From the NCBI GenBank assembly GCA_051362555.1, contig CM120647.1, positions 17,274,651 through 17,338,650 on the forward strand: a stretch of DNA of 64,000 bases, in the 5' to 3' direction. Positions 13,301 to 25,683 of this stretch are shown piece after piece. Position numbers and translations under genes: made by a program. Each line of letters opens with the position of its first letter. The first letter of the stretch is position 1. This DNA comes from Lingula anatina. Taxonomy: Eukaryota > Animalia > Brachiopoda. Under the pieces are notes generated by a model. It saw only the letters and a list, made by a program, of their open reading frames with translations, made no database searches and was not told where the DNA came from.

Positions 13301-16240
13301 TCTTAAAGCTAGAAGAAGAACAGGGCAAACAGAGAAAGAGAGAGAGAGAGAGAGGAAAAAGCTGTCATATGTACGTCAACTTACTGTTTTCCAGTGTTAC
13401 CGAAGTCGTCAGAATCCTTGATCTCCACGTAGTCAATACACTGCTCCCGAGGCTCGTTCCAGCCGACCTCTATGTCAATGAGGTTGGTAAGGGGTAGAAA
13501 CTGGAACGTTAGTCGATGCCCTGGCTCCGTCTGAAAACAGTCAAATAAGGCATTTAGTTACATATCTATGCAAACTCTTACAACGAGCAGAGTTCAGGGG
13601 CGGATTTAGGCCGTTTTCTGGGTCTTCCGGAAGACGGTCAGATTTTCAAGTTATCTATTTTTTTCTGCTGGAAGACGGTCAAAATTGGAGGATGAATCAA
13701 CAAAGATAATTTGGAAGACTGTCAGTAAATATCTCTGGATCCGCCCCTGGAGTTAGACTATACTAAGTCTCTGTTCAAAACTAACTTGATCTGCGGACTA
13801 GCTGAGCCGGGAATCAAGTATGGCGCGACCCATATGTAATAACGCGATGATTTCGCAACAAGCTTTCATGTGGATCGAGCCATATTTGATCAGAGCCTTA
13901 ACCCGTTTGTCCATGTGTGAGAAATATCTATTACGCTGATACTGGTATACTTACATTCACTCATTTGTTTGCCTTAGCCTCTGAACAAAAAGCTTACGCA
14001 GAGTGGCGTTAACTAGGTTCCACATTTTTACCAGGTAAAAAACGGAGGGGGGGGGGGGGGGGGCACTGAGCAAGACTGTCTAAACTAAACGTTAAAAGAT
14101 AATCTACAATGAGTAGACGGTTTGAATGTCAAAATGGGTCCCAGCATGGCTTGTGCGCCTGTGTGACTGTGTTTGTGACTGCGTGTGTGAGCGCCAGTGT
14201 TTATATGTGTGTAACTCCTTACCTTTATGTACCACGTACAGCTTTGTCCCATTTTATAATTTCTGTCGAAATAATCCCAATGAGTCGGATCGTTAGGCGA
14301 CTTCAGTACCAGACGATCTCCGGGGACAAGGGTGTGCTCCCCACCACATGGATCTGTCAATACAAAGCTTCTGATTGGACAATAGAACAGAAAATTCTGA
14401 TTTTGTCGAATATCAGCAAATCAGCTAGTGGTTTATTTGAATATTACTATTCATATTAGATATAACATCATATATAAATGAGGGAACTTATGCCAACCCT
14501 TACTTCGATCAACTATCTGTATTGAGTGGACAGAAATTGGCCAGTTATCTACATGTGTATTGCGATACATAAATAAGGAATTTGGACCACCATTGAATAT
14601 ATTATAGTAATAAGAGTTAACAGCCTGCACTGCCTCGGTCGTTAGTGTTGCCACAGGAAAGTAGTCATGGTAGTACAAATCTCAGCATAATTATAAAGTA
14701 GCTGATGTCCAATTTTGGAATACAAATCCCGAACTATTTTCTTGTCAAGGTGCCTTCAACCCTTGTTTACAACAACAACAACAACAACAACAACAATAAT
14801 AATAATAATAATAATAATTACTACAAATAGTCAATAAATAAAAAAATTGAAACCGAGTATGCTTACCCATCACATACGGCTGTACTTTGTCACAGATATC
14901 CCCAGCAAAACCTTCAGGACATATACAACTGGAACAGTGGCTGGGATTGGTGTAACCTCCCCGCTCGCACGGTAGGGGAATCATGCAACGATCTGAGATT
15001 AAACGAAGACTTTAAGTGTATGTCCAGGGTCGAAGGCTGAGAAAATGCTTACTTGCTGTCGCCAATTTGTTGCAACTTATGCTCTCTCTATCAAGTACAT
15101 GTATTGGATAGGTTCCTTTGAACAACGCAATGTCGAAACTTCAAGTTACAAGTGCACACTTACTGGTATTTACACACTGGCTATTATGGGGTGCTGTGGG
15201 CTTACAAGAGCTTTATTTAAAACTGAATTAAACACGGCAATTTAGACGCACCTACGCAGTACTGATTGTTGATCGCTTTTGCATCGTAGAAAGAGATGTG
15301 GATGCGCTGCCCCAGAGCTTTCTGGTAGAGTCCCAGGCCGTCACGCTTGCTTACTATGGTGTCTGAATTGTAGCCATCCTTAACAAACGCCTGCAAGGGT
15401 ATTAACAGGAAATGATGATTATTGATAGAATGAATTACTACTGCCTTTAACCGTGGGTTTTTGAAATTATCCTGGATGGTTATTGTGGAATCCAAAGTGC
15501 ATCAGTTGCATTTCTTTGTTTACCTGTACATCTAATACCGGTACATCGTGTTTATCTCAGCCCATTACTGCTTCCCTCTCCCTCTAAGACTGGGTTCCCA
15601 CAGATTTAGATCGATCCATCTGGATCGACTTAACTCCCTGCGGGTTCACGTTAAATTGCTGTCAGCTTCCGGGAGCCGAGCGCGCACAAATGTTAATTAC
15701 CCCCTTACAGCTTTTAGCAGGCAGGACAGACATTTAAGCCGGTCAAGCTGACAGCAATCTAGTGAGGCTCCCCAGGGGGACAGATCGATCTAAATATCTA
15801 TGGGAAAGGTCTCTAACACATCGTTGTAGTGTGTTTTCGTCTCATCTAGCACATTGCATTATCCTGATCTGTCACAGACACGTTTTATGACTGAAGTTAC
15901 AGTACCACTTACCTTTCTATGATAGTGCATCAAAGACCCATAATCGTAAGGAATCCCGTCAGTCATCGCTTTGTCATAGGGGACGATCTCAAAGTTACCC
16001 AGTTTGGCTTCGTTGATGTTGTTTGTGAGAATGTCTACGTATAAATCCCTGTCTGGTCTCGCTTGTTCATGCCACAGGCCCAGCACGTGCCCTATCTCAT
16101 GAAGTGGGGTGCCGTACTGGATTTCAAGATAAAGAAATTATCAGTAGGCCTAATTACAGCGTTGCTTCCTTTATCATTTTTTACAGGCATATGTCAATCG
16201 TCGCTCTTTTGGTTTAATTAAATTTGATACAGTATCCCTT

Positions 16241-16271
<31 letters not shown>

Positions 16272-17965
16272 TTGGCTATTTAATCGATAAAGGCCTACCA
16301 CGACGTTCCTCTCGCTCTTTCAGCCTTAACATCATTTTCGGAAATTTTTAAAAAACGTCACTTTAAATGATACAATCGGTATAATCCACAATCGAATTCT
16401 AATTCTGAATGTGAATCTAGGCCCCTTTCACATTCTGCAGACCATTAGGCTTTTTTTCTCCTTCACAAGTTCTGCAAGTTCGCTTTCTGCCTAAGTTACA
16501 ATTAATACAATAAGGTAACTTAATTTTAATTGTCGAGGGCGAATTTCCTAAGTGATGGGTAGTATTGGAAGTGTTTAAGCACTCAAATTGGAACGGTACA
16601 ATGTAAAAAAAAAAATTACACGATTTTGATTCGTGTGGAGTTGCACTACTTACGCCTTGGACACACGTGAAGGCCAGGTTCACAATCTGGGGACTAGCTT
16701 GCGTGCGCCCTACGTAGGACCAGCAGCTGCAAAACAGAGTGTATTTCTTAACAGAAAAGCTATGACACGTATGTTGTCTTCGTTTAGGCGCGGTTTTGGT
16801 AGAGTGGTGAGATGTGGTGGTCCTTGCAAATGACGATGTAGATGTAATAGAAGAATAATATGAAAATGAGATTTTGTGCAACAACAAATATGTAGTACAT
16901 TACTACATATTTGCTCTCACACAAAATCTCAATTTAACTTGCAAAGCATCAACATTAAATCTGCGCCTGCCTTTGACTTACCGTTATGATAACTTAACTT
17001 AACCGCCATCGAAAAGTGTCTTAGACCCCATTCCCATAGATTTTAGATCGATCTATCCCTGTGGGGAGTCTCACTAGATTACTGTCAGCTTAGCCGGCTT
17101 AAGCGTCTGTCCCGCCTACTAAAAGCTGTAAGGGGGTAATTAACTATGATGCGCGCTCGGCTGACTGCAATTTAGCGTGAACCCCCAGGGAGTTAAGTCG
17201 ATCTAAATCTAAATCTCTGGACCGATCTAAATATCTGGGAATGCACCCTTACTTACCCCTCTGCAGCTTTCACAAATTTCAGGTAAGGTTTCCAGGAGGG
17301 GATTTCTTTCTCTTGGGCGGCGGAAAACTCCATGAAAGTCACACAGGTCACACTTTTCCAAATATTTATAGCGTCATATATATTAGCCTTTTCTTCGTCG
17401 GCTGAAAGGCGAGAGGATAGGCGCTTAATTAGGAGACGTACCGTTCACAATGGATTTTGTCAATCTAGCTAATGCGCATTAACTCCACCAGAACTGTCGC
17501 TACAATCATGTTAAAAGGATGAAACACTTACTCTTGTTTACAACGTACTCGTATATTTACCAGTTTTATTTTTCTTTTTTTTTATTTTACTCAAAGCCAA
17601 GAGGAGAGGCGTTAGTTCTTTAATCTGGTTGCAATCAGCGAAAGTAAGGACTCATTCCCATTTAAACTATCGGTCTGCGTAGGTGGATCCAACTCCGCGG
17701 GGACTCAGCTTTTCTAAATTTTACTCAACACCAGGAGGAGACGTGTTTTAAAATCATTTAAATAGGAAAGAGGCTACAATGACAAGGTACAATGACATAC
17801 TGCTTTAGACTTAAAAGATCGGTTTTAAATACATGTCTAAAACCAGTTTCGTACTTAAGCGCCAAATGTGAGGGAAATGATGACCATCACAAAACGTGTT
17901 ATTTAAAATTCCAGATTGACGTGTTTCGATGCACTTATAAAAAAAACAAATGTATAACTCGATTA

Positions 17966-17998
<33 letters not shown>

Positions 17999-20900
17999 CA
18001 AATATATGTTATGAAAATATCACAGATCTTACTAAAGGCGTGATCCAATACATAAGGCACTGGCAGGCTCCACTTCGCAGTGGGTAACACCTGGAAATTC
18101 AGTACCTTTCTCTTCCGCCTTGCCTTTCCTACTTCCTTCATATAACGTAACTGGTCTGCAGTGAACGCTATATCATCTTCTATATTATCTGTTATATATT
18201 CTGTTTTTAAACCCTTGAAGAAATTGAATAAGGTGCATGTAAGTTTTTACTTTATGGAATAATAATAATAAGAAGAAGAAGAAGAAGCTTAAGAAGAAGA
18301 AGAACAGTTGATTACCTTTCAAGGTTAATCGGTCTTATGCAGAGGATTTACATGTAGAGAAAAGAGAGGGAATTAAAGTAGCCTACATAGATCACATAGG
18401 TCATTGTAGATCAGATCACTTCAGACATTTTTAAAATCATGTTTAATTTTCTTTTGTATGACAACTTGCATGCTGTACACAGAGAATGAAAACGCCTTTT
18501 TATCTGATTATTAAGAAAAACTTCTTTGATGATGTGTTGACACTACGACTGAATCATAGGTAAACAAGGGCACCCCTTCTGAATTACTAATTCAATAATC
18601 AAAAAGAGCATCTGTGTTTTATTTTTTACCTCTTGTATGTAAAGCTCCTTTTTTATTTTCAAAGCTTCTATAAACTCTGCCTTTGAAAGTCCATTATACT
18701 TCAGGTATTCCTGAAAATAGTAGAAAACATAGGGTAGACCGGGGCTAAACGCCCCCCTTAAGCAAGAACCGCCACAGTTTTCCCTGCTGAAGGTATAGAC
18801 CGTTGAAAGTGGGTGTTAACTATGAAGGGCCGCCTGGACTACAAACTGATAGGCCTACTAACACTTTTGGAAACAAACAACAGAAAAACTTTATAGGTAA
18901 AAAATAAGTGAATTATAAAATCGGCCTTTTTTCTGCTGGAAATCGGAAGTGGACAAAACATCACGAGACGCGTATTTATACGTAATACCTGAAAAAAAGC
19001 GAGTAGGCGTTTGAGCCCGACTGGGTGTTTAGCCCCGATGTAGCCTACCCCATAATTAACAGAGCGATGATGCAATCCAGATTTTTGTTACGCGCCTCCT
19101 GCCCATCATCCCCTCCCATTATTATACCTGATAGGCACCATACTTACCACTACTAGTTATTTACAAGTAGCTCTTATTTCCCAGGCACGTGTTGCGTGCA
19201 TGTGCGTGCATAGGCCTACATACGTGAGTGCGCTGCGATGTGTGATCAAGGATGCAAGAGTTTCCTCTCATGAAAAGGGACAACTGGAAAACTTGGAGTG
19301 TGCGTGTAGGCCCCTAGTAACTTCATTGCTCACTGAGACTTATACTGTACATCAATAAATCAGATCAATCTTTGAAACATTCTTCCATATACTTTTAGCA
19401 CAGTGAGACTCATCCACCATTGACGAATGCCCATCGCAATACATCACATTTTGCGAACAAGATACCCCTCCCTACAGGCAACGACCTCTGTTTCAATCAC
19501 GGACAGGTCCGCCTCTCAATTGACAGTTGACAACAGGTTGAAATACTCTTACCAGGACATTGTCACGGTAATCAGTCTAGGACAGAAAACACGTCAAGGT
19601 ACTGAAATCACCACTTGGTCAATGTTTTTCTTGATTTGAAGTGGAATGTTTTGACAAATTTATGACTGCATGGTGACCTTGTGATTAGATATATGACCTT
19701 TACACGTATGACCACGTGACTTTGATCGGAGTTTCACTGATTGCGAAAATAAAGCGCTGTCCGGTGTAATGCCCCCATTTCACACAGACCACGAATCCCA
19801 CGAATCGCCAGGAATTGACAAATTTCAGGATTCGTGGTTGAATCGTAATCAATTCGTGAAGTTCTTAACAGATCCGTATATAATCGTAGTCAGTTCTTGC
19901 AATTCTTGGTCAATCGGGAATTCGTGACAAAAATTTGAGCTGTTCAAAACTTTGGCCACGAACTCCCGATTCCAAAAAACTGAATTTTTTGACAATATTC
20001 GTGCGATTCCAGACGAATCCCACGAATATTCGTAACACGTATTATCGCACCTGTATCGTAACTGAAACGTAGAGCGTGTCGAATTAGGACAGAAAAATTT
20101 GCAAAATCTCACGAATGCTCACGAATCCTGAAATTTGTCAATTCCTGGCTATTCGTGGGATTCGTGGTCTGTGTAAAATAGGGGCATAACAGGAATGGTA
20201 TTCCGCTAGGTGCCGTTGTCCGTTCCTCATTACTTTGTACAGGAGACATTCGGCCCATATACTAACCCCAACAAGGTAGTTAATTAATAATAATTTCCAC
20301 CAAATGTACATGTTAAATATTCAAAGAAGTTTAATATCTTCCGCAAAAGTGTTTCATTAATTAATTAAAATATTTATGTGTCAGGTTTTCGTTCTATATA
20401 GGCCTACTATATTCTTATCGTATAATTATTTATAAATCATAAGATACGTCTCCGCGGGCACCTGTTATCTAGTGGGGACCAGTCGAAAATGAAAAAGGAC
20501 ACTTGATCCGATTTTAGGTCACGGAAAATACCATTTAACCACACAAAGACCCTTAATGCTTTTAAAAATGGTTTATCAGGAATGATTCAAAAGTCAGGAC
20601 ACCTTTTCATACAATGTAGCAAATTGCGTATTCCACCCATTTGCAGATAATTTAATTGAGTTGAGATGTACACCACACATAATCTGAAAAATTCGTACGT
20701 CTCCTTTTAATGGATATAAGTACTAAAAGTTTGTGCCCTGCTTGAAGTTTTTTTTAATGATCCATAATTTGAAAAATATCTGATAATTTGTAGACATCAA
20801 AGCGATAAATTATACTTTGACTGTGAGAGCTGGAAATTGGTAATAATATATTTCATTTTCACTTTGTTCATTGCGTAATTATATGCTTATATATTTGTTA

Positions 20901-22266
20901 TTAAAACTCAACTCTAATATTGTAATTTTTTTCAGTTTTTCTCAACATGCACACACAGTAGAATGTCTGCCAATTGATGGATTACGTTTCGGAACGCCTC
21001 TTTGCGCTTATTCCACATTAATAACGCGATGATTTCACTGCACTGGTCTAGTGACGTCACTCACTTATATCCCATGGCAACAACAAGCAAGCATGTTCAA
21101 CAAGCATGTTCTTTGGTATTCTTCTGCCGACCTTTGACCTCTTGTGCATTGGCTCCAAAACGTTTTTTCTACCGTTCGGATTGCTTGTGATCGTCGTATA
21201 ATAAATCTGTTTATTTCTTCATTTGTTTGTGTGTGTGAATCTATTTGATCGTCTTGTTTTTGTTTTCTTATGACGCATGGAATCGTCCCTATGATTATCG
21301 AAAAAGCCTTTATCCTGGTCCTAAATGTAAAACGACCTATCTTTTTCAACTTCAACTCCATCAATTTTCATCTAAAATAAAGAATGCACTTAATTTCATG
21401 TAACGCGTGTTTTCCTTCTGTTTTATGGATATTTGCGGTCATTCTTTGGCCATTAGCTTGCTGTGACAAACGCTTTAATTAGTCATTATAGTTGACGAAT
21501 AAAAAGATAAAAGGAGTTCACCCGAAATCCGTTAAATTTCATCTAGTTAGCAACATAGATTAATTGAAATATCCCCTGACGAGCACCGGAGTACACAAGG
21601 TACTTGTAACATCTTAGCACACAGCCTGAGACGCCGCGTCTGAAATTATTTCATTTTTTGCATATGACATTCCATGCATTTTTCCTATTATGTAAAGTCC
21701 CTGCGCCTTGTTATTTTAAAACTTATAATCGTAAAAACATAACATCGCCACAAAGTGCAAAGTGTTGAAGTAAATACTATCAAAAAATAAGTAACTGGAA
21801 TAAAATAATATTAATAATAATAATTATAATAATAATAATAATATTTAGGAAAAAGGCCTCCGAATCAAAGTGGCCGTTTGTCTTTTATGTCTTAAGGAAA
21901 ATAAAGAAGTAGTGCAAGTCGGTGTCTGCTTGACAGAACCGGCTTAAACCATCATTAAACGTTTTAAAAATCTTTGTATGTCTCAAAAAAAGAAAAAAAA
22001 AACACTAAGTGGTAAGGATGTATACTTATTTGGTATCTAGCACACGCTTTCAATATACGCCAGACTAAGTAGGTGTAAAGAGCAATTACAGTCTTGTATA
22101 ACAATTACCGGTGCATTGCACCGCGGGGGGTAGTTTAATGCGTCTCATCCACCTCACCTTCGGGATAACCGTACGTACTTACCTCTGTTGTTGAAACTGG
22201 CTTCGACGTCGTCTGAACAGCGAATAAAGATGCTACACAAAATAGCACTGTCGCGTAGCGATCCAT
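7397..22266 (-). CDS. Secreted astacin-family (M12A) zinc metalloprotease: signal peptide, prodomain, astacin, EGF, CUB, Thr-rich mucin-like linker, Cys-rich, TSP1, Cys-rich (BP10/SpAN/NAS-like)
   Basis: 16 phase-compatible GT-AG exons: 22266-22183, 18710-18630, 18213-18033, 17401-17257, 16726-16654, 16116-15913, 15390-15252, 14992-14867, 14353-14223, 13530-13385, 12670-12549, 9652-9029, 8817-8635, 8392-8260, 7896-7828, 7463-7397 (TAG). Motifs: signal MDRYATVLFCVASLFAVQTTS; pro-motif IEDDI; furin site RRKR; CWSYVGR; zinc site HEIGHVLGLWHEQARPDRD; Met-turn SLMHY; EGF CERGGYTNPSHCSSCICPEGFAGDIC; CUB CGG..CTWYI..CIDYVEIKD..FCG..GF; TSP1 WTPWTTCNLHCGCG. Confidence 0.92.
9290..9632 (-). repeat. 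Coding ACN-triplet repeat encoding the Thr/Pro-rich mucin-like linker of the astacin
   Basis: Translates as TTTTTPTTTTTK... inside exon 9652-9029; low-complexity GTT/GTC/GTG runs on the plus strand. Confidence 0.9.
12727..12993. mobile_element. Non-autonomous DNA transposon (CAG...CTG termini, 5-bp TSD)
   Basis: Imperfect TIRs CAGCGACGGGTCCAG / TAAATCCGCCTCTG, with TTAAG directly repeated on both flanks. Confidence 0.55.
13595..13749. mobile_element. Non-autonomous DNA transposon (CAGGGGCGGAT TIR, 5-bp TSD)
   Basis: Perfect 11-bp TIR CAGGGGCGGAT / ATCCGCCCCTG, with GAGTT on both flanks. Confidence 0.7.
15588..15813 (+). mobile_element. Harbinger-like MITE, family A copy 1
   Basis: TIRs ..TTCCCACAGATTTAGATCGATC / GATCGATCTAAATATCTATGGGAA; TAA flanks; homologous to 17024-17248 (inverted) and 57707-58432. 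Confidence 0.75.
17024..17248 (-). mobile_element. Harbinger-like MITE, family A copy 2 (inverted relative to copy 1)
   Basis: TTA TSD at 17021-23 and 17249-51; TIR GACCCCATTCCCATAGATTTTAGATCG; body is the reverse complement of copy 1. Confidence 0.78.
18730..19053. mobile_element. MITE with imperfect TIRs, superfamily unassigned
   Basis: TAGGGTAGACCGGGGCTAAACGCCC ... GGGTGTTTAGCCCCGATGTAGCCTACCCCATA. Confidence 0.5.
19770..20186. mobile_element. Harbinger-like MITE with ~68-bp TIRs and CACGAAT subrepeats
   Basis: TGCCCCCATTTCACACAGACCACGAATCCCACGAAT.. is matched by ..ATTCGTGGGATTCGTGGTCTGTGTAAAATAGGGGCA; TAA TSD. Confidence 0.85.
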
Positions 22267-25099
22267 GTCACCAACGTCGTTCGTACTGCAATAAATAATA
22301 AAAAATGGCGCTGGGTTTCAGTTTACGTTCTCTACTGTTTGTTTGCTACGTCTGTTTGTTCCACAAGCTTGGTTCCGGTGGGTAATTCTTATGTTCTAGA
22401 AAACAAAAACTAAAGCCCTGCTAGTTGTTCTATCAGTCTTGTGTCAAAGCAGTACTACAGGGGACAGATTCTCTTGCTAAATCCTAAGTCGGCAGTCCTG
22501 TATTGTCAAATAAGTGTGTGCGTCCACGCACTTTAGAGAAGTCTATATATTAGTTATTGCTGTCCAAGTAACATTGTGATAAGGTGTGTCCATCGTTGCT
22601 ATGGTTTAAGTCCGGTGTTGTAGATTACCGGGTACTCCAAAAGTTCCGCCATTATTTTGTACCCATGTTGACGGTTTGCTATTCCTATGAGGTGAATACC
22701 ATGATAAAATCCACGGTGTGTTGTGCACCAGAATTTGGTGTATATGTAGAATTTGGCGCCCTGCGTGAGAGCAAAAAACCTTCAGATGCAGACGACACAC
22801 GTAAATGTGGCCTATTTTCCTTCTGGGTGAAATAAAAGGAACATTTAATCATGTTTAACTGGTTAAAAACGATAAACATACTGAAGTATTTGTATAGCAT
22901 CAAGGCATAGTCATTTCATCCCCAGTCACCAAAAACTTGGGTCTTTTTATGGGTTTACACATAAAATAACAATTTAGACCACAAATAGACGTGCGAGGAA
23001 TTGACAAAACTGGGATTCGAACCACGCATGCAAACAAGTAAGGTAACTTGACGATTAAAAGGAAAAGATGCCACATATGATGGTAAAAAAACAAACTAGC
23101 ATGTGTAGCCTTTATAGACGACTTTTCAAAAAATTAGGCAGATGAAACTGACAACAAACTGAACAGGAAAAATGCATATTTACAAGCACATGAACTGATA
23201 ATAAATCGAGTCTCATTCGCCAGGACAATCTTCAATTTGTTAAACTTAAAATATCAAGAGGATAACGAATTAATCCCAACAACTCTGATTATGGACGGGC
23301 ATCAAAGGATGACACAACGAAATATGATAAAGAGAATAAAAGGCAATGAAAAAGAAAAGTGCGTGCAATAGCGAAAAAAAAAGTGAGAAATATTTTTGGA
23401 ACCCCCCAGGATGAAGACAAATGAATTCAAGAGGAATAACCTGGAGAGATTACGCACTCGCATATTACTATTGGCGCATTTATGGCCTATTGAGTTTGCT
23501 GTCCGCCTTCTGTATTGTCCAAAACAATTCTGACGTACATAAACAATATAGACTTTCTATGGATGTCGGGCCTTTACGCCAAAGGGTTGATTTTAAATGT
23601 ATATAATAATTCTCTTCAAGAGCGTGTGTGGTTTTGATTCATAATGATGCCTTCCATGGGCTATCAGTGATGTGAAATTATATTGCTATTTAATTGAATT
23701 ACTCAGCTTTGCTTTTATGCATGCAGTCTTGATGTTTAGTTCTATTTATATGCAAGATAAAACTTCGCCGCGACAACTAAGTCTATATTAGATTTTTCGG
23801 GTATATCAGATGAGACGCATATGATATTTTGAACGTAAAGTTGAGAAAGGTCAAAAAATTAATTCTATTTGGATTAAAAGGTTGACAACATACACAATTC
23901 TGCAAAGTGCTTCAAACTAAACAAAGACAAAATTATGTGACAATTGCAAATCGCGATAGAATGTTTTAATGTTGAAAATTTATAAATACACGACGAGTTT
24001 AAATTTCAATAAAATCTTCAAATGGGGAAAACACTGTTAGAAAAATGTGAAAAAGATTTGAATTTCGAGTCAATAAGTGCAACACACTCACGTTATTTCA
24101 TATATCCTCCCGATGGTCTTTTGTGCAAAGAGTGATGTATTTCCCCATAAACCTCCGCTCGTTGACATCTCAAAAAGCTCGTCTGCTTGCCAAATGATGG
24201 ACGTAAGTGTTAGAAATCAGAGAGGAATGCGCATACAACTCTACCTGCGTTTTGTACTTTAACTGTGGCATTCGTACCTAAAGATTTCGAAGGTTTTTTG
24301 TCTGTTTGTATGAAGTCTAGAGGAAGTCTTTATGAAAAGGGCGGGTAGATCAAGTAGTCAAGCTGCATTTTTTAAGAAGAAGACCCGTCTTTTTAACAAA
24401 GGTAGTGGTTAACATCCAATTTCGCTTTTGTTCCGTTTTGTACGTAAATTCCGCAAATGAACCTTCAATATCTTTTTTGTAACCAAGGGCGACACTATAA
24501 TCTACAATGTTTTTATTAATGTCGTTGAGCCATATCTATAGATATCCATTCATTGAGATAGGATATATTTAAGGAAGTGAATGACGCTTATCATATACTA
24601 GAAACACAAGCCTTTATGATACATCAACCTCATTACGTATACTTTCAAACCAAATAAGTCACATATTCCCATAAACCTTAACATTGTGGTGCAACATGTG
24701 AACGCGCGTACATTTAAATTTGTTCAGTTTACTGGACATGATGTACGTTGAACTTATTTTACTCTCTGCCTCTGAAGATCTTAATTTCTTCAAGTTGGAA
24801 TAAAATAACTACTTAATTATACAGCAGAAGTCGTAATCCAAACACTTCTAGTTATATTAGTTAGTTTAATAAATCTGTAGTCAAACTAAAACTTTATTTA
24901 AAGATTCATAATGCTCTGCAGCATTAGGAACGAAGGGCTTTTATGCATTTTTAAAACATGATACCTTTCTACACAGCTCTTTTTACAATGTCAGCGGTTT
25001 GAGCGTGCGTCCCCTTCAATTACAAAGAGGAACGCAAGAAAGATTCCTTATCAGGAACATTCTTGAATTACTTACAACAAAAAAGTAAAATGAATGGCA

Positions 25100-25172
25100 T
25101 GGTTCCGCTGGGGATCGAACCCAGGACCTTCTGCGTGTAAAGCAGACGTGATGACCGCTACACTACGGAACC
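25100..25172 (-). tRNA. tRNA-Val (anticodon TAC)
   Basis: GGTTCCGTAGTGTAGCGGTCATCACGTCTGCTTTACACGCAGAAGGTCCTGGGTTCGATCCCCAGCGGAACCA: 73-nt cloverleaf with A and B boxes and a downstream oligo-T terminator. Confidence 0.96.
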
Positions 25173-25356
25173 GATGGATAATAGTACGTTCTCCCTTATC
25201 TTCCGGTTGCCCTATGAGCCATCGATGTAAAATAACGAAGCACTAAATGTTTACCTTGTTCAACGTTCATTTATTTCCCGGCAATTTGAACTTATTGTTA
25301 AAAGATGTGATATCAATTAATATAACGTCATGGGTGTTGTTCCCCAAATAAAACAC

Positions 25357-25412
<56 letters not shown>
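25357..25412. repeat. (TA)n microsatellite
   Basis: Directly visible. Confidence 0.95.
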
Positions 25413-25415
<3 letters not shown>

Positions 25416-25683
25416 TTAAAAAAAAACACATACACACACTAGACAACATATTGGTATGCTGTTGAACAGTCTGGTATATTTTTGTTCAAGTCTTAGAAGC
25501 TTTCAACAGTTAAGATTTGATTTAAACACACTCCAAAGTTCTTTCCTTTATTTCTCATATACTTTATTAATTATTTTAAGAGAAATAACTTGGACAAAAT
25601 AAGACAAGATAAGAATAACCCTTTGTTACATAGCAAAAAAAAAACTCATTTTCTTCCATTGGTTGGCAGTTATTTAAAAAACA

